Below, in pieces: positions 1 through 13,885 of a DNA stretch of 64,000 nucleotides. Source of the DNA: Eledone cirrhosa (taxonomy: Eukaryota); contig OZ024740.1 of NCBI GenBank assembly GCA_964016885.1, positions 383,222,001 to 383,286,000 of the forward strand, in the 5' to 3' direction. The number at the start of each line of letters is the position of its first letter. Position 1 is the first letter of the stretch. The translations under genes were made by a program, and so were the position numbers. A model generated the notes under the pieces. The model saw nothing but the letters and a program-made list of their open reading frames with translations, did no database searches and had not been told where the DNA came from.

Positions 1-9
1 GTGTGTGTG

Positions 10-1347
10 TAAAGATTTAATCAATACTTTTGCTAACCTAAACCTTAAAATTACTATAGATAAAAACCTTACCGATGCTAAATTTCTTGACATTAATCTT
101 GATCTACTTACTGCCTCTGTTAAACCTTATCATAAACCTAACGAAAATCTAGTCTTGCTATCCACCTATAGTTTTTAAAAAATCTTATTCCCAATATAAG
201 CCGTACGATTTCTATCTTATCTTCGTCTCTAGACATTTTTAACAAACCGCCCCTTATTATAATAAAGCCCTTAATAACAGCGACTTTACAGAACACATTA
301 AATATTTACCTACACCTCCCCATAAAACTAATCACAATAATAGGAAAAGGAAAATGATTTGGTTTACACCCCCCCCCCCCTTCTCTCTAACTGTCAAAAC
401 TAATGTAGGAAGGAAATCCCTTGACCTCTTAGACAAACATTTCCCCCTAATCATAGATATTATAAGATATTTAATAGAAATGTAGTTAAAATCAGTTACT
501 CTTGCTGCTCATCAATGAAGTCTAAAATCACCAATTCTAATCGTACGAGAATAAATCCAGGATGCAGTTGCAGGAAGCCGGATGAATGCCCATTAGAGAG
601 CAAATGTAATACCGAATCCGTTGTATATGAGACCAAAGTGACACCTTTGATTAACAACAAGCCAGCCAGGAGTGAACGATATGTTGGCATGACTCAGGAC
701 AGGTTCAAAACCAGGTTTTATGCACATGTCTCTTCTTTTAAACACTCTGATAAAAGAACAGCAACGGCTCTCGCAAATGTAGGAATTCAAAGATAAAAAC
801 ATCCCGTACTCTATCGATTGGTCTATTTTAGACCACGTCGAGGGAATACCAAAGGGGCACAAAGAATTGTTCTTTGTGTACCACTGAAAAATTTAGAATT
901 CTACAAAGCTTGAAAGCCACTTCAATTTGCCTGAACTCCAAGACCGATATCTTCAGATGTAGTCCTCACTTGAAATCACATCTGCTCTGTAACTGGATTG
1001 ACATTCCAAAGATGACTCAACCACCTTGAACATCTTCTCTGCTCTTTACGCCTTACATCCACTACGACTTTTATTACTCTCTGAACTCACTTTCTGTACA
1101 CTTATATGCTTTTTCTTCCTTATCTCCCCTTATATTTAAACTTTTGCCTATGTTATTTACTTTCCATATATCCCTCCCCCACTTTCTACCTTACCCTTTA
1201 CATACCAACATTTTTTATTTATAGATATTTATTTCTGTGTGTATGTATGTGTTGTGTATATGCGTATATATGTATATAAATATATATGTGTGTTTATATA
1301 TATGTGTATATATGTGTATATAATTTTATATATATATGTATGTATAT

Positions 1348-1425
<78 letters not shown>

Positions 1426-1549
1426 TTAGATGTGTGTGTGTATATTAGTGTGTGGGTGTGTATATATGTATTTCTATATATAAATATATATATATACAAT
1501 AGCCGTGGACACGGCTTGAGCTCTGCCGTAGGGGTTATACATGTTCCTA

Positions 1550-1624
<75 letters not shown>

Positions 1625-1864
1625 TTGTACGGTTGTGTGTGTGTGTGTATCTGTGTGTATGTATATGCATATTTACATACAGAGTGATTTAATGTTTATT
1701 TTCATTGATTATTTGCTCCAGGAATATGTTGAGTGCTCTAAATCAGCTATAAATATTTATACCTTTATCTATTTATTTATTTATTTATTATTTATCGTAT
1801 TCCCAACTATTTGTTTAGCCCTTCCACCTTTTTCTTTTTCCATAGATATAATATTTATGTATTT

Positions 1865-1946
<82 letters not shown>

Positions 1947-1980
1947 AGTGTGTGTATGTGTATATATACGTGTGTGTGTA

Positions 1981-2037
<57 letters not shown>

Positions 2038-2384
2038 ATATATGTGTGTTTGTGTGTGTGTGTATATTTATGTGTATGTGTATGTGTAAATGTGTGTATT
2101 GCTTACCACGTGTGTTTGTTTATTTATTTGTGTCCTTTCCTGTATCGCTGTCAACTTAATAATAATTTTTACTTTCTTAAGTCGTATATTTTTAATTTTA
2201 TTTTTATGTGACGGCCTATTGCATTATATGGTTGTTCATTGTTTTTTATTTGTTCTTATAATTAATTGTGTGCGTGCGTATGTAGGTGTGTGTACACATA
2301 TCTATATATGTGTGTGCGTATGTATGCGTGTATATATGTGTGCATGTATGTGTGTGTATATACGTGTGTATATATATGTATGAT

Positions 2385-2481
<97 letters not shown>

Positions 2482-2531
2482 GTGTGTGGGTTTGTGTATT
2501 TATGTGTATGTGTATGTATGGATATGTATAA

Positions 2532-2605
<74 letters not shown>

Positions 2606-2930
2606 ATATATGTGTGTATGTATATATATATATGTGTATATATGTATATATGTATGTGTATATGTGTGCGTGCGTGTGTTTATGTTTATCTACTTTTGTA
2701 TTTATCATTTTTCGTTTCCTTCTTCCTTTTCCGACCTCATATAGATTATATTTTCGTTTTTAAAATCCACTGTCAATAAATACACCAGGATTTTTTTCAT
2801 TCTGATGACTGAAAGCAAATTTTGTTTGCTTGCAAGAAACCACTGATAAATGAAATATTTATCTTATGTTGTCCATTACATAGCTCTCATATTTACACAT
2901 ATGTTTTCCCCCGCTGTAACCCGTCTATTT
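10..2930 (+). mobile_element. 5'-truncated Penelope-like element (Naiad-like): RT thumb, GIY-YIG endonuclease, microsatellite-filled 3' region ending in a hammerhead
   Basis: Frameshifted motifs KFLDINLDL..KPYHKPNE, MIWFTPP, KIFNRNVVKISYSC, CSCRKPDECPLESKC, VVYETKV..YVGMTQDRFKTRFYAH; coding ends about 1029. Linking the hammerhead at 2795-2855 to this element is inferred from orientation. Confidence 0.8.
2795..2855 (+). ncRNA. Type I hammerhead ribozyme (stem III imperfect)
   Basis: tttcatt CTGATGA [aagcaaa/tttgctt stem II] GAAA ccactga TA aatgaaa; 7-bp stem I. Confidence 0.7.
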
Positions 2931-3642
2931 CGTTCTTACTGCTTCCTCTTTCTCTGTATCTTTACCCTCTCTAACAGTCACTCTCTCTGTTAGCCTCTTC
3001 CTCACCTTTCACTCACTCACTCTCTGTTACTACCTCTCATCCTACTCCTTCTTCCCGTTTGACCTGTGCGTAATTCTTTTCTTTCGCACCCTTGGTCAGG
3101 CAGGTCGCTTTTTTCTCTCTCCTGTCTACGATTTCACAGAACTTACGTTCACCGAATTCACAGACTAGATCCCTTCTTCCTCCCGTTAGACATGTACGGA
3201 ATTCCTTCCTTGCTCACATTCCAACCAGGTTTGATGGTCTTTATTCTCTCTCGTTCACGATTTCACCGAAGTTATATTCATGGAAATTTGGGACTTGACT
3301 CCTTCTTCCTCACTTTTCATTGCTTCACCATCTTTGTTTGTTTACACTCTCGTGTCCCCTTTATTTACGTGTCCCAACGACTTTTTTTAGCCGCTGCTCG
3401 CCCCAACCGGAGGTATATGGTCTTTAAAGCGATGAGATACCAATGATGGTTGGAAGATCACTGATGAAGGACTAACTTTATTCATATATATATATATAGT
3501 TGTTATATAGTAAAGTGTATTATTGGTTGTGTCAAACGGTCCAATAATTTTTTGTTAGCAATGTTAAGTTCTCCACGCTTTCGTATATCTCCAATTCCAT
3601 TTATGGGAACAGCTAGTTGATGTAAAACGGAGTATTTGTATC

Positions 3643-4255
3643 AAAATAAAGATCCGAAGGCATGGTATACATTTCCAATAATGTTAATCCCGACACCTGT
3701 TTCAATAAGAGATAGATCGATCGTGTATCCATGATCGTGTATCACTGAACTCGTCACGTGAAAATGAATTGTCTTCAAATCGTTGATATGAAGGAGACAA
3801 TTAACGGCGTTCATTCACAGAGTTTAGTCCCTCATATGATGATCAAGCAGACAAAACACGGCGACTGCTATATATGTATATATATATTTTTTTCTTTGAA
3901 TTGGCGTCGAGTGTGTGTGAGTGTGTGTGTACCCACTCGCATTAACTGTGACCGACTGTAATTCTACAGAATCTGATTGATGCCCAGCGTCTTTTACAGC
4001 TATTGGGAGATAGAGATATAATAGTTTTATGACCCTAACTGAGGGCGATAGCAGTCGCCGTGTTTTGACTGCGTGATCTTCATATGAGGGACTAAACCCG
4101 TTAATTTTATCCCTCATATCAAGGATTTGAAGACAATACATTTTCACCTGACGAGATCAGTGATAATCGATCATGGCTACACGATCGATCTATCTCTTAT
4201 TGAAACATGTGTCGTGATTAAAATAATTGGAAATGTATACCATGCCTTCGGATCT

Positions 4256-4263
<8 letters not shown>
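3643..4263. repeat. Inverted pair of a Penelope-type terminal repeat (arms about 3643-3872 and 4048-4263)
   Basis: aaaataaagatccgaaggcatgg...cacggcgactgcta is the reverse complement of tagcagtcgccgtg...ccatgccttcggatctttatttt. Confidence 0.85.
4144..4217 (+). ncRNA. Type I hammerhead ribozyme, GUC site
   Basis: tcac CTGACGA [gata-atcgatc/gatcgat-ctatc] GAAA catgtg TC gtga; decayed copy on the minus strand near 3685-3762. Confidence 0.75.
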
Positions 4264-4317
<54 letters not shown>

Positions 4318-4336
4318 ATAAGAATATTTATATTTT

Positions 4337-4451
<115 letters not shown>

Positions 4452-5153
4452 AAGTAGACAGAACTAACAACACAATCAGTACAGTATATGGAAGGAATAT
4501 ATTAGTTTGACGCTTGAAATAGCAGGCAGGATTATTTTCAAATCGGATTTTCACTCTAAATCTGGATCTACACCCAGAGTTTACCTGAAATTCGACCAGG
4601 AAATCTCTTATTACTGATATTGTCTTTTCTTTCTGGCATTATACCCCCACCCCACACATATATATATTTATACACACACACATATTTATATATATATATA
4701 TACACACTTATTGCACTTATTAATATGAGCAAGCACATTTTGAAAATAGAATCGCTTGATATTAAGAAATGTTGTCACTTTACAAATGATATTAACATTG
4801 TATGAAAATGAATTTTAAGACCAGTTAAATATCTTTTTATAGATTGTGGTGGTGTATATAACAAAGAACGAGGTAATCTTGCTTCCCCTAACTGGCCTCG
4901 AAATTATCCCCATAATCTTCACTGTGAGTGGGTTGTCTCAGTACCAATTTTTAAGGTAAGAATGTTATTCTCATCTCAGGAACTTGTTCATATTTTATCT
5001 TACCATATTAACAAACACTTGCACACACGTGGACCTCCCCACGTGTATTTGCACCTTTTTATGTATATTTATATATATATATATATACATGTGTATATAA
5101 TTGTAAATGGTTATATGTATATAAATATAGATAAATATATACATATATGTATG

Positions 5154-5193
<40 letters not shown>

Positions 5194-5209
5194 CACATAT
5201 ATATATATA

Positions 5210-5465
5210 CAGCTCAAAAGTGACACAGAGGAGACTGAGGTTGGCTGGACATGCTCACCGACATCCAGAGTTGACATTGCACTCAGTGCTCCTTTGGGAG
5301 CCCCTACATGGACACACTAGAAGAGGAAGACCAAGGTTAACATATGTTGATGCCCTAAGGACAGACACTGGTCTGTTGAAGTTGCAGGATATGGCAGCGA
5401 TAATGAGGGACAGAGACCGCTGGAGAGAACTCGTCCATGGAACTCGGGAATTTTACCCGCCTTAG
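5210..5465 (+). pseudogene. 3' fragment of an RTE-clade LINE ORF
   Basis: RRLRLAGHAHRH..VLLWEPLHGHTRRGRPRLTYVDAL..MRDRDRWRELV; flanked by (TA)n. Confidence 0.8.
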
Positions 5466-5486
5466 ATATATATATATATATATATA

Positions 5487-5541
<55 letters not shown>

Positions 5542-5740
5542 TTATTTATTTAAGTTTGTTGGTTCACCACTGGATAGAACTGGTCATTCCGTAAGGTCAA
5601 ACTCCATGTAATATTAGGAAGAGCACTCGACGTAATGCAACTAACCCGTCTTCGTTTGTGTTGTTGGTGGTGCGAGTACGGAGTTAATTATTATAAAATA
5701 ACAGGAGGCTGGACTGGTGTAATTCCTTAAAAGGTTTATT

Positions 5741-5799
5741 ATACTATGGTCATTTCAGTTGACCTGGTTCAGTATTAATCCAGGGACATCATCAGGTAT
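5741..5799 (-). ncRNA. Type I hammerhead ribozyme (family A)
   Basis: Reverse complement: atac CTGATGA tgtccctggattaatactgaaccaggtcaact GAAA tgacca TA gtat. Confidence 0.75.
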
Positions 5800-7246
5800 T
5801 CGAAAGTTAACAAAGGAATATAATGGAAAAATGCATGGGGCTGAAAAGCAGAGACAGGAGGGCGGCCGAACATTTAGCATCTTCTAGCCCGGTCAGCCGC
5901 CCTCAAGTGGTGATTATTAAGTCTTCTTATGTCCTTCTGGTGAAGGGGCGTAGGCTCATAGTGTACTACTACCACCCCGTCATAGACAGAGGCGAGCGGT
6001 GGGATCAGGTTACATTCAAGCTGGTCAGAAGTGCTAGAAATTGCTACGAAATATATTTTTCAAAAAACATATTTCTTTAACAAAGCTCTATATAGTGGGC
6101 GTCTGCACTGTATATTGTAGGGTCATAAGTTACGATTAGAAATGTATAATTTATATTTAGAGTTAAAAGATGCCATTTAAGATGAAATTAGAAAAGTAAG
6201 ATTTAGGTTTGAAATTGGGAGATTTAGTTAAAGAATTCACAGAAGGAGGCGTTTATGAAAAATTTAAGTGTATTATAGATAGTCACGATACAGTTTCAGG
6301 GTAGAAAATAGAGTAAAGATTAAGCCCATGCTATCGGTCATTAACTAGCAACGTCGCGGACTCTCGGCTGGCCCGGAGCCCAATGGCGTGTCAACCGTTT
6401 CGAGTATTTTCGTCTAGCGAAAGAAAGGGAAATTTATTTTTCCGAGCACTCCAGGAATGTTAACTGTCTCAAGTGCCGGGGGTGCTAGCGAGAAATCCGC
6501 CACCGTTGGCTGGTTATCGTATATACCAGACGCTTACTAGCTATTCACACTGGTGGGGGATTTAGTTGAGGGCTAGTAGAAGGTGACATGATAACATTTA
6601 AAGTTATGATTAAGCTTAGAATTTAAAAGTGCTGTTTGGCGCTGAATAACCGGTGGCAGGGCGGATTCCAAGCCTGACAAAGGCCCCAGGGCGAAACAGC
6701 CGTTCCGAGTATTTTCCTTTACCGAAAGAAAAGGAAATTTAATTTTCCAAGCAATCTAGGAAGGCTGATCGACCCGAGCGACTGGCGTGCAATCGGGAAA
6801 ACCGCCACATCCGTCGGATTATCGCGTGTATCAAACGATTATTAGTTATTCACACCCGTGATGTGAAGTTTAAAAGTGGCAAAATCTGATGAAATGTGTA
6901 AATAGACTATATTTAGTCCCCAGTTAGTCCGGGTTTTATGTAGTGTGATTATTGAGTGGGTAGGGGGAGTGATTAAAGATATGTTTCTTTTATTTGCCAC
7001 CAGGGCATCAAAAGTGGGACAAGTACAATGGGGGGAGTTTACAAAACAAGGCGTCCTCAATAGGGAGGAGGCAATAACAATATATAAAAATAAAATAAAT
7101 ATAACAAAAAATAAAATTATAACAAAATCCTCAATAGAGAGGAGGCGCCTTGGGGGGTCGCACCCCACCCCCCCGAAACAAGTGTGCAACCCTTCTCCTC
7201 AGGAGCACAGAGAGGGGGTGCTCCCTCGTTCCTTCCTCTTTTCCAC

Positions 7247-10200
7247 CTACAGGCTTATGTAAAGAGAAGGCCCATTCACACGGGCCATTCTCGCCACTTT
7301 CACCCACCTTTCATAAAAACGACTGGGGTGGAGCACCTCTCTCTCCATCCTGATCCTTCTTCCGAAATGATATCGGAAGAAACGGACCAGTTGTTGGCCA
7401 GAGAGAAAGGTGCCTAACCGCAGTCCTTTCAGACGCGTCCACCATACAACTTCTTTCACCATGGCTATTACGCACAGAAACACCGCCTCTCCTTCATCTT
7501 TGAAGGGGGGAGGCGGCTTGATCATTACAATAGACTCGGTGGTCAACCGGATCGGTCCCACCCTTGACAGCAGTTGTTCGACATAGCCCCACAGATCGGC
7601 TACGCCCGAGCAGTGTACCAATGCGTGTGCAACGGTTTCCTCGTCGCACACGCATCTGGGACAGATCTTTTTGGCGGGGTCCCTACCCGGGCGCCCGTGT
7701 CTGTAGAGCTTTTCTCGAACGGGTAGAGCCCCTCGGTAGCACTGCCAGGCCAGGGACTTCTGGAAGTTGTCCATAGGTCCCGGGATGAATGTCCTACCGA
7801 ACAGGCTGGCCAGTTCGTCCTCCTCCATGTCTAGGGCTTCTCAGAGGGCGTCGTCGCACCTACTGCGTACCAGCCCTCTATAGAATGTTGCGGTGGAGTC
7901 TCCAGTGATAACCGGATCCGCCTGCCAGAGGGCGGTGAGCGCCTGGGCACACTCAGTGTGCCAGGCGCCCAGTTTTCTCGGTCTTTGCTTGACCCAGGAT
8001 TGCAGCTCAGTGAGTGAGACGAGTCTGGGAAAGGTTCGTCTCACAAACGAGGCCCACACCGGTTGACCGGTGAGGAAAATGTGGAGGTGCCGTAGCCTTA
8101 ATGCGTGTTTAAGCATCATTAGCCACGGCACCCCAGCCCTCCTTTCGAAGGGTGTTGACAGCAGATGGATCTCCTCACCAAGGGAGCCCGCCTCTTGGCG
8201 AGGGTTTCCCTTGGACAGGGCACTACGGTCTGGCGGTAGTAGATGACGGACGCTATATAGGTGTTCGCCACCTCCGCCCGACCTTTCAGGGATAGTTTGC
8301 AACTGGCCCACTTCTGGGTCAGTGCAAACACCCTGTTCGTAACCTCCGCCCAGTTCTTCTCCACCTGGAGGTCCGGTCCGAACCAGACCCCGAGCAACTT
8401 CACCGGGCCCTCCGTCCAGCATCCGACGACGCCATCGGAGGGCATCGGTCTGCCCCTCCACGTGCCAAGTTTCAAACCGATCGACTTGTCCCGGTTCAGC
8501 TTAGCCCCTGTTAACCTTTCGTACTCCTCCAGTAATGTGCCGACCGCCCCGATTTCGGAGGCCATCGACACCATTACTGTCACGTCATCGGCGTAGGCCG
8601 ACACCGCTTTCCGCAATCCCGGTTCCAATGGGATGACCTGCAACAACTCCAACTTCCGCAGTAGTGGCTCGAGAGTCAACACATACAGAAGGGATGAGAG
8701 AGGGCACCCTTGTCGGATGGACCGCGCGATTTTGAACGGCTCCGAGAGGTAGCCTTTCACCTTGACCCTAGAACAGATGCGGCTGTTGTGCATAGCAGTG
8801 ATCCAGCCCCTGAAAACGGGTCCGAAGCCTGCCACCGCTAGCACCGCATCCAGGTAACCATGGTCGACCCTATCGAACGCCTTAGATTGATCCAAGTTGA
8901 TCTGAGCCCCACCAAAGCCGGGTTCGTTCCCAACCCTCTCTATGATGTATCGCATGAGGTGGAGGTTGTCATAGATGGACCTGGACCGGATAGCACATGT
9001 CTGCGCATCTCCCACGAGGTTGCCCACGACAAGCGCCAACCTCTTTGGTAGGACCTTGGCCAAAATCTGTAACTCTGTATTTAGCAGAGTTATGGGCCTG
9101 AAGTTACTTATTTCGTCCCCCTTGTTCTCGTCCTTCCTCATTAGCGTGACTACGCCCTTGGTCACAGTACAGGGAATTCTCCCATTCTGTCGCCAGTTGC
9201 AGTCGACCGCCTCGAGGAGATCGGGGAACAAGTCCGGCATAGCTAGATATAATTCGTATGGGAGACCATCGAGACCCAGGGATTTGCCTTTGCCGCATTG
9301 GCTCAGCACGTCCTCTATCTCAGCGGCCGAAATCGGCTCCTCGCAGGACTTCGCCTCCCTGTCCGAGAGACGCGGCAGGCTGTCGAGGTATGGACTGAAG
9401 TCCACGTCCCCAACTGGCACCCCACCCTTTCCGAACAGTCGTGCAAAGTGCCTTTGAAAGGCCTCACACATCTGCTTAGGCTCAGGATCGCCCGTCCATC
9501 CTTGTCTCGCAAAGACCGGATGGTGGATTTAGTTCCACTCTTGGCCTCTGTCACGCGGGCCCAGCTAACAGCTTTGGTCCCCTCGTTCCCTAGAGCTCGT
9601 ATTTTACTTCGGACAACGTAGCCTTCGTGCTTCGCGTCGAAAAACTGGCTCAAGGCCGTTCTCGACGCTAGCACGCTGGCCACGTCGCCGCTTCTAATTG
9701 CCTCTTCTACACTATCTATTAGCTCCCTTTCCTTCCTATTCCTATCCGCAGCTAGAACCTTACTAAATTCTATCGAGACTACTCTAATCCCTCTCTTTAG
9801 AGATACCCACCACCTGTTGTTGACGATCGCTCCAGTCAACCGTTCCTTAACTAACGTACTAATCCGATCCCTGTAAGCTCTACTTGCCGGCAAGGACAAG
9901 TTGAGCTTCCAGTAACCGGGGCCCTGTCTATGCGTTCTATCAAGGCTGACCAAGCAGGTCACCAACTTGTGGTCTGAATAGCCAAACATGAGCATTTCTG
10001 GACAACTTAAAAAGTCCCTGTCCTTATTTCTAACTAAAAACCTATCTAGGTACGACCTAGATGATCCGCTGCGATTTGACCAAGACCTGGTTGGCACTGT
10101 CGGAAAATCTAGTCGAAATCTATCGGCCAGGTCAAATCGGCCGAGTAACCTCTTCAGGCTGTTGCACCTCTCTCTATCGGGACATGCCCCTGCATATTCC

Positions 10201-10650
10201 CAACGTGCATCAAGGATACCATTCCAGTCCCCCACTAAAAGCAGGTAACGGGACGTCCCTAGAAAAGACTCCAGACGCTGGAAAAAGTCGGGCCGCTCTG
10301 TCCCAAAAGGGGCATATGCGGCTACCAGCCTAAAGGCTCTACCTTCACCACTGCCAAGGTCCAGCATCACCAGTCGACCCCCTGGGTCCAAGTGAACTAT
10401 CTGTGTGGCAAGGCCCAGATGTTTTTGCAGCAGAACGACAACCCCACCCCCAACTCCGGGCTGACAGAGAGATGCGTGCATCTCAAAGTCGTCAAAGGTG
10501 GGGGATAGCTGCCGCATGCTGCTGATCCGGGCCTCGCAGATAACCATCACATTTATAGATCGTGACCTGAGGTCATTTAGAAGAATTTCTTGCTTCAAAG
10601 ATGAGCCCAGGCCACGCGCATTTAGACACCGTATTCTAAGCACAGCTATG
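7247..10650 (-). pseudogene. L1/Tx1 ORF2 (APE endonuclease, reverse transcriptase, Cys-rich domain) with frameshifts and a stop
   Basis: CLNARGL, GDWNG, SYLDRF, SDHK, GPGYWKLN, FRPITLLN, LDQSKAFDRVDH, RQGCPLS, AYADDV, CPRC..ETVAHALVHC spread over four ORF pieces. Confidence 0.92.
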
Positions 10651-12525
10651 TTGGTGGTAAGGAGAAAAGGCACTTACCTCTCTGCGTCCCGGGAAACGGG
10701 CCGCTCAATTTCCATGCTGGTTGGGGATGGGTTGTTTGGTGGGGTGGTGGTTTGTGGAAGTGAAGGGGCATCAGTGTGATGTGGGGTTGGGGCGTTTGTG
10801 GTTGAGTGGGTGTCTGGGTGGGGTTAGGGGGAGGGGTGGAATATTTTAGGAGGACGCGGTTGATTGGCTTGGCGCGTGGGTGGGGGGGGGACACGTCCTC
10901 CGTGAAATTTGTTTTCAATGTTTTATAAAAGTTCATTGGGATTTTAATCATTTTTAAATGAGATAGTCCCACAGCAGTTATGAAGTTAGGCCCTTCAGTT
11001 TGGACCGAAGGGTTTGATGCAATTGTGTTCATTAGTTCTTTGTTGTCTGTGTTCATATATGTATATTGTAAAGTCTTTTTTGTGTAGCAGTTAGTGTTGT
11101 GTGACGGGGAGGGGTGGTTTGTGTGTAGTTTGTGTTCTCTTGGGGAGCGTTAATGTTAACAAGTGTGTCTGTGGTGCGTCTCCTCTTCTTTCATTTTACT
11201 GTTTGGAAGGGATCTTTTTCGTCTTGCGACGAAAGGGGTTCGTCTTCCTTGTTGGGTGGGAGGGGTATGTTTTCTGGTAGTGTTTGCGGTGTGTGTGTTT
11301 TTGTATTTGTTTTGGGTGGGGAGGGGTTGGGTGGGACAGTGTTCTGTGTTGTTTTTTTCACATGTTTGTTGTTGTTGTTGTGGTGGTGGTGGTGGTGGTG
11401 TTGTTGGTTTTTGTTGTTGTTGTTGTGGTTGTTTTTGTTGTTGTTGTTGGGGTGGTGTTGGTGTTGGTAGCAGTGTTTTTTTTCTGTGTGAGCTGAGGAC
11501 AGGCATCCCTCAGTTGACCTATATTGCCACAGAGGTAACAGGAGGGACGTCTACCATCCAATATAATGTTGAGGTGGGTACGGTCATCCAGCATGACGCG
11601 CTCAGGGATTTGGGCGATATGTTCTGGCCTTATTTGGGTCAGAACTTCGATACACGTTCCACTGAACGCGTCGCCGGATGCCTTACCTATTGAAATGAGG
11701 TTGTCCTCGTCTAAATTGAGGAAACCGGTTAGTAACCACCAGTAGTTTATGTTTGGGGTGATGGTGGTTATCCATATTCTCTGGGGTTTTTTACCCATGT
11801 AGGTGGGGAAGAAGGTGTAGTGTGTGGAACGAATTGGCGACACAGAGTATTTTTTCGCCGCCAATTCGTCTTTCATCAATATGGATATACTCCCATAGAG
11901 TTTATCCTTTTGTATGAAAGTGATGTCTTTCATCGCTTCTTTCAGCACTAATTGAATTTCAGCTTGAGATGGTTGTGCTAGTTTTTTTTGTTTTATTTAA
12001 AATTGTACGGAATACGACAGTTCGTAATTCCGTCTGTTTTTTTAGTTCTGGAGGTGAATTTATAGAAAACGAACCGTTTTCGCCAAAAGATACATATTTT
12101 TGGGGCTTTTTCCAGCATTTCTTTGGCTTTTGAAATATCTTCAAGCACATAAGTGATAATTTAGCCGTTTGTGCAAAAGATATTTTGTTTTCGTTGTTGG
12201 TGTTTGTATTGTTTTGTTTCTCGTCGTTTGAGTTGTTTTCATCTTTGTTGTTGTTGTCTTTCTCGTTTGGTGTGTGGATACTTGTGACGTTTGTGTTGTT
12301 GTTGTTTTTGTTGTCTGTATTGTTGCTGTTGTTGTCGTTGTTGTTGTTGTTTTCAGTTTCTTGTATAGTTGTGGCTACATCAAGTTGTCGGTCAACAGGT
12401 GAAGAAAATTCTTCCTCTGGCTGACCTCTGCCTTTGGCATCTGCTGCTGTGACAGTGGCAGGGGGAAGCTGTGAGTATGACTTCCCTTTTCTTTCTTTGA
12501 TTGTTGGTGAAGATGCTTCAGCCAT
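10646..12525 (-). pseudogene. L1/Tx1 ORF1 (low-complexity, degenerate zinc knuckle), broken
   Basis: MAEASSPT start at 12525; GRRPSCYLCGNIGQLRDACP (His replaced by Gln); N/T/Q-rich tracts; several frame breaks. Confidence 0.75.
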
Positions 12526-13590
12526 TTTTCTCAAAATAGGATTTTTCGAAATTTTTCGAAAGATGAAATGTTTACAACACTATTTCGCCTAAAGGCGTAG
12601 AATATTTTTAGAGACTGACCAGATTAAAATTTGACCTGGCAGTCCCTCTACAAAATGGTACAAAAATGAAAGTTTACAGTTCACAATTTCCAGATAAATT
12701 TAAACGAAACTTACCGAGCGAGCTCAGCACATGTGTCCATCAGACAGAGATAGATAGTAAAGATAAACAGATATAAAGGGTACAAAGAGTAATATTCTAG
12801 GGTCGTTTGCCAATATTAGGTAACAGATGAGTAGAAGGATAAGTATATAAGGAGAGTAAAGTGAATAAATACATACATAAATAAAACCATAAATAAAATG
12901 CAGTCATACCTAGGGTGGTAATTGAGGGAGTAAAATGGAGTATATAAAAACATATCGAAAAAATCAAAATACAGAAAAAATAAAATACAGATCAACGTAC
13001 AGTAAATGAACAATAGATAGCACGGTTGGAGAATACAAGTTTAGAGGATGTAAGAGTTGGAGTGGTATCAGGTGATACTCAGTGTAGGTTCGAGTCTTAA
13101 TTTTCAATGTGAATCCCCAAAACCCTGAAATATAGGATAGCGAATTCAGTCAATACAATACAGGGTATAATAGAATATGTTGATGTTTTTTAGGGGTCTC
13201 TGAGGTCTGACGGAGTTTGAATGTTCCCGATAGGGAAGCAGCAATGCATGGTCTGGGTGGGCGGTAGACATAGCTTAATGCAGTCCAAATCCGAATGGTG
13301 TGTAGTTAGTCTCATGCTGGCGATAGCTGTACACTGCAGCCAGGGCTCCTGTTCCTTATTACATCTGAAAGCGCTCTACATTTCCTGGAGCTTTATTTAT
13401 TTAAGTTTGTTGGTTCACCACTGGATAGAACAGGTCATTCCGTATGGTCAACCTCGATGTAATATTAGGGAGAGCACTCGACGTAATGCAACTCACACGT
13501 CTTCGTTTGTGTTGTTGGTGAGGCGAGTACGGAGTTAATTATTATAAATAACAAGACGCTGGCCTGGTGTAATTCCTTAAACGGTTTATT

Positions 13591-13648
13591 ATACTATGCT
13601 CATTTCAGTGACCGGGTTCAGTATGAATCCGGTGACATCATCAGGTAT
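13591..13648 (-). ncRNA. Type I hammerhead ribozyme (family A)
   Basis: Reverse complement: atac CTGATGA tgtc accgg attcatactgaac ccggt cact GAAA tgagca TA gtat. Confidence 0.75.
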
Positions 13649-13717
13649 TCGAAAATTAACAAAGGAATATATATATATATTTTTTTTTTTATAATAATAT
13701 ATATATATATAATTTAT

Positions 13718-13779
<62 letters not shown>

Positions 13780-13885
13780 TTTTATAATAATATATATATT
13801 CTATTATAATAATATATATATATGTGTGTGTGTGTGTCTGTGTGTGTGTGTATATATATATATCTGTATGTGTGTGTGTAGGTGT

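Larger units (their letters stand above)
6982..12757 (-). mobile_element. Full-length decayed L1/Tx1-clade LINE
   Basis: ORF1 with zinc knuckle, ORF2 with APE, RT and C-terminal CCHC; 3' end gcaaataaaagaaac; candidate TSD taaagata at 6974-6981 and 12758-12765. Confidence 0.9.
5540..13672 (-). mobile_element. ORF-less unit bounded by direct repeats of about 285 bp (5540-5825, 13393-13672), each with a hammerhead; interrupted by an L1/Tx1 LINE
   Basis: The two repeats align end to end with scattered substitutions, and both outer ends abut (TA)n. The interior outside the LINE shows no RT or endonuclease motifs. A third family copy lies at about 16470-16785. Confidence 0.7.

Noticed and set aside
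7150-12424. Plus-strand ORFs opposite the L1/Tx1 element (similar ones lie opposite the CR1 at 38164-42348)
   Set aside because: Antisense shadows of LINE coding frames with no recognisable motifs.
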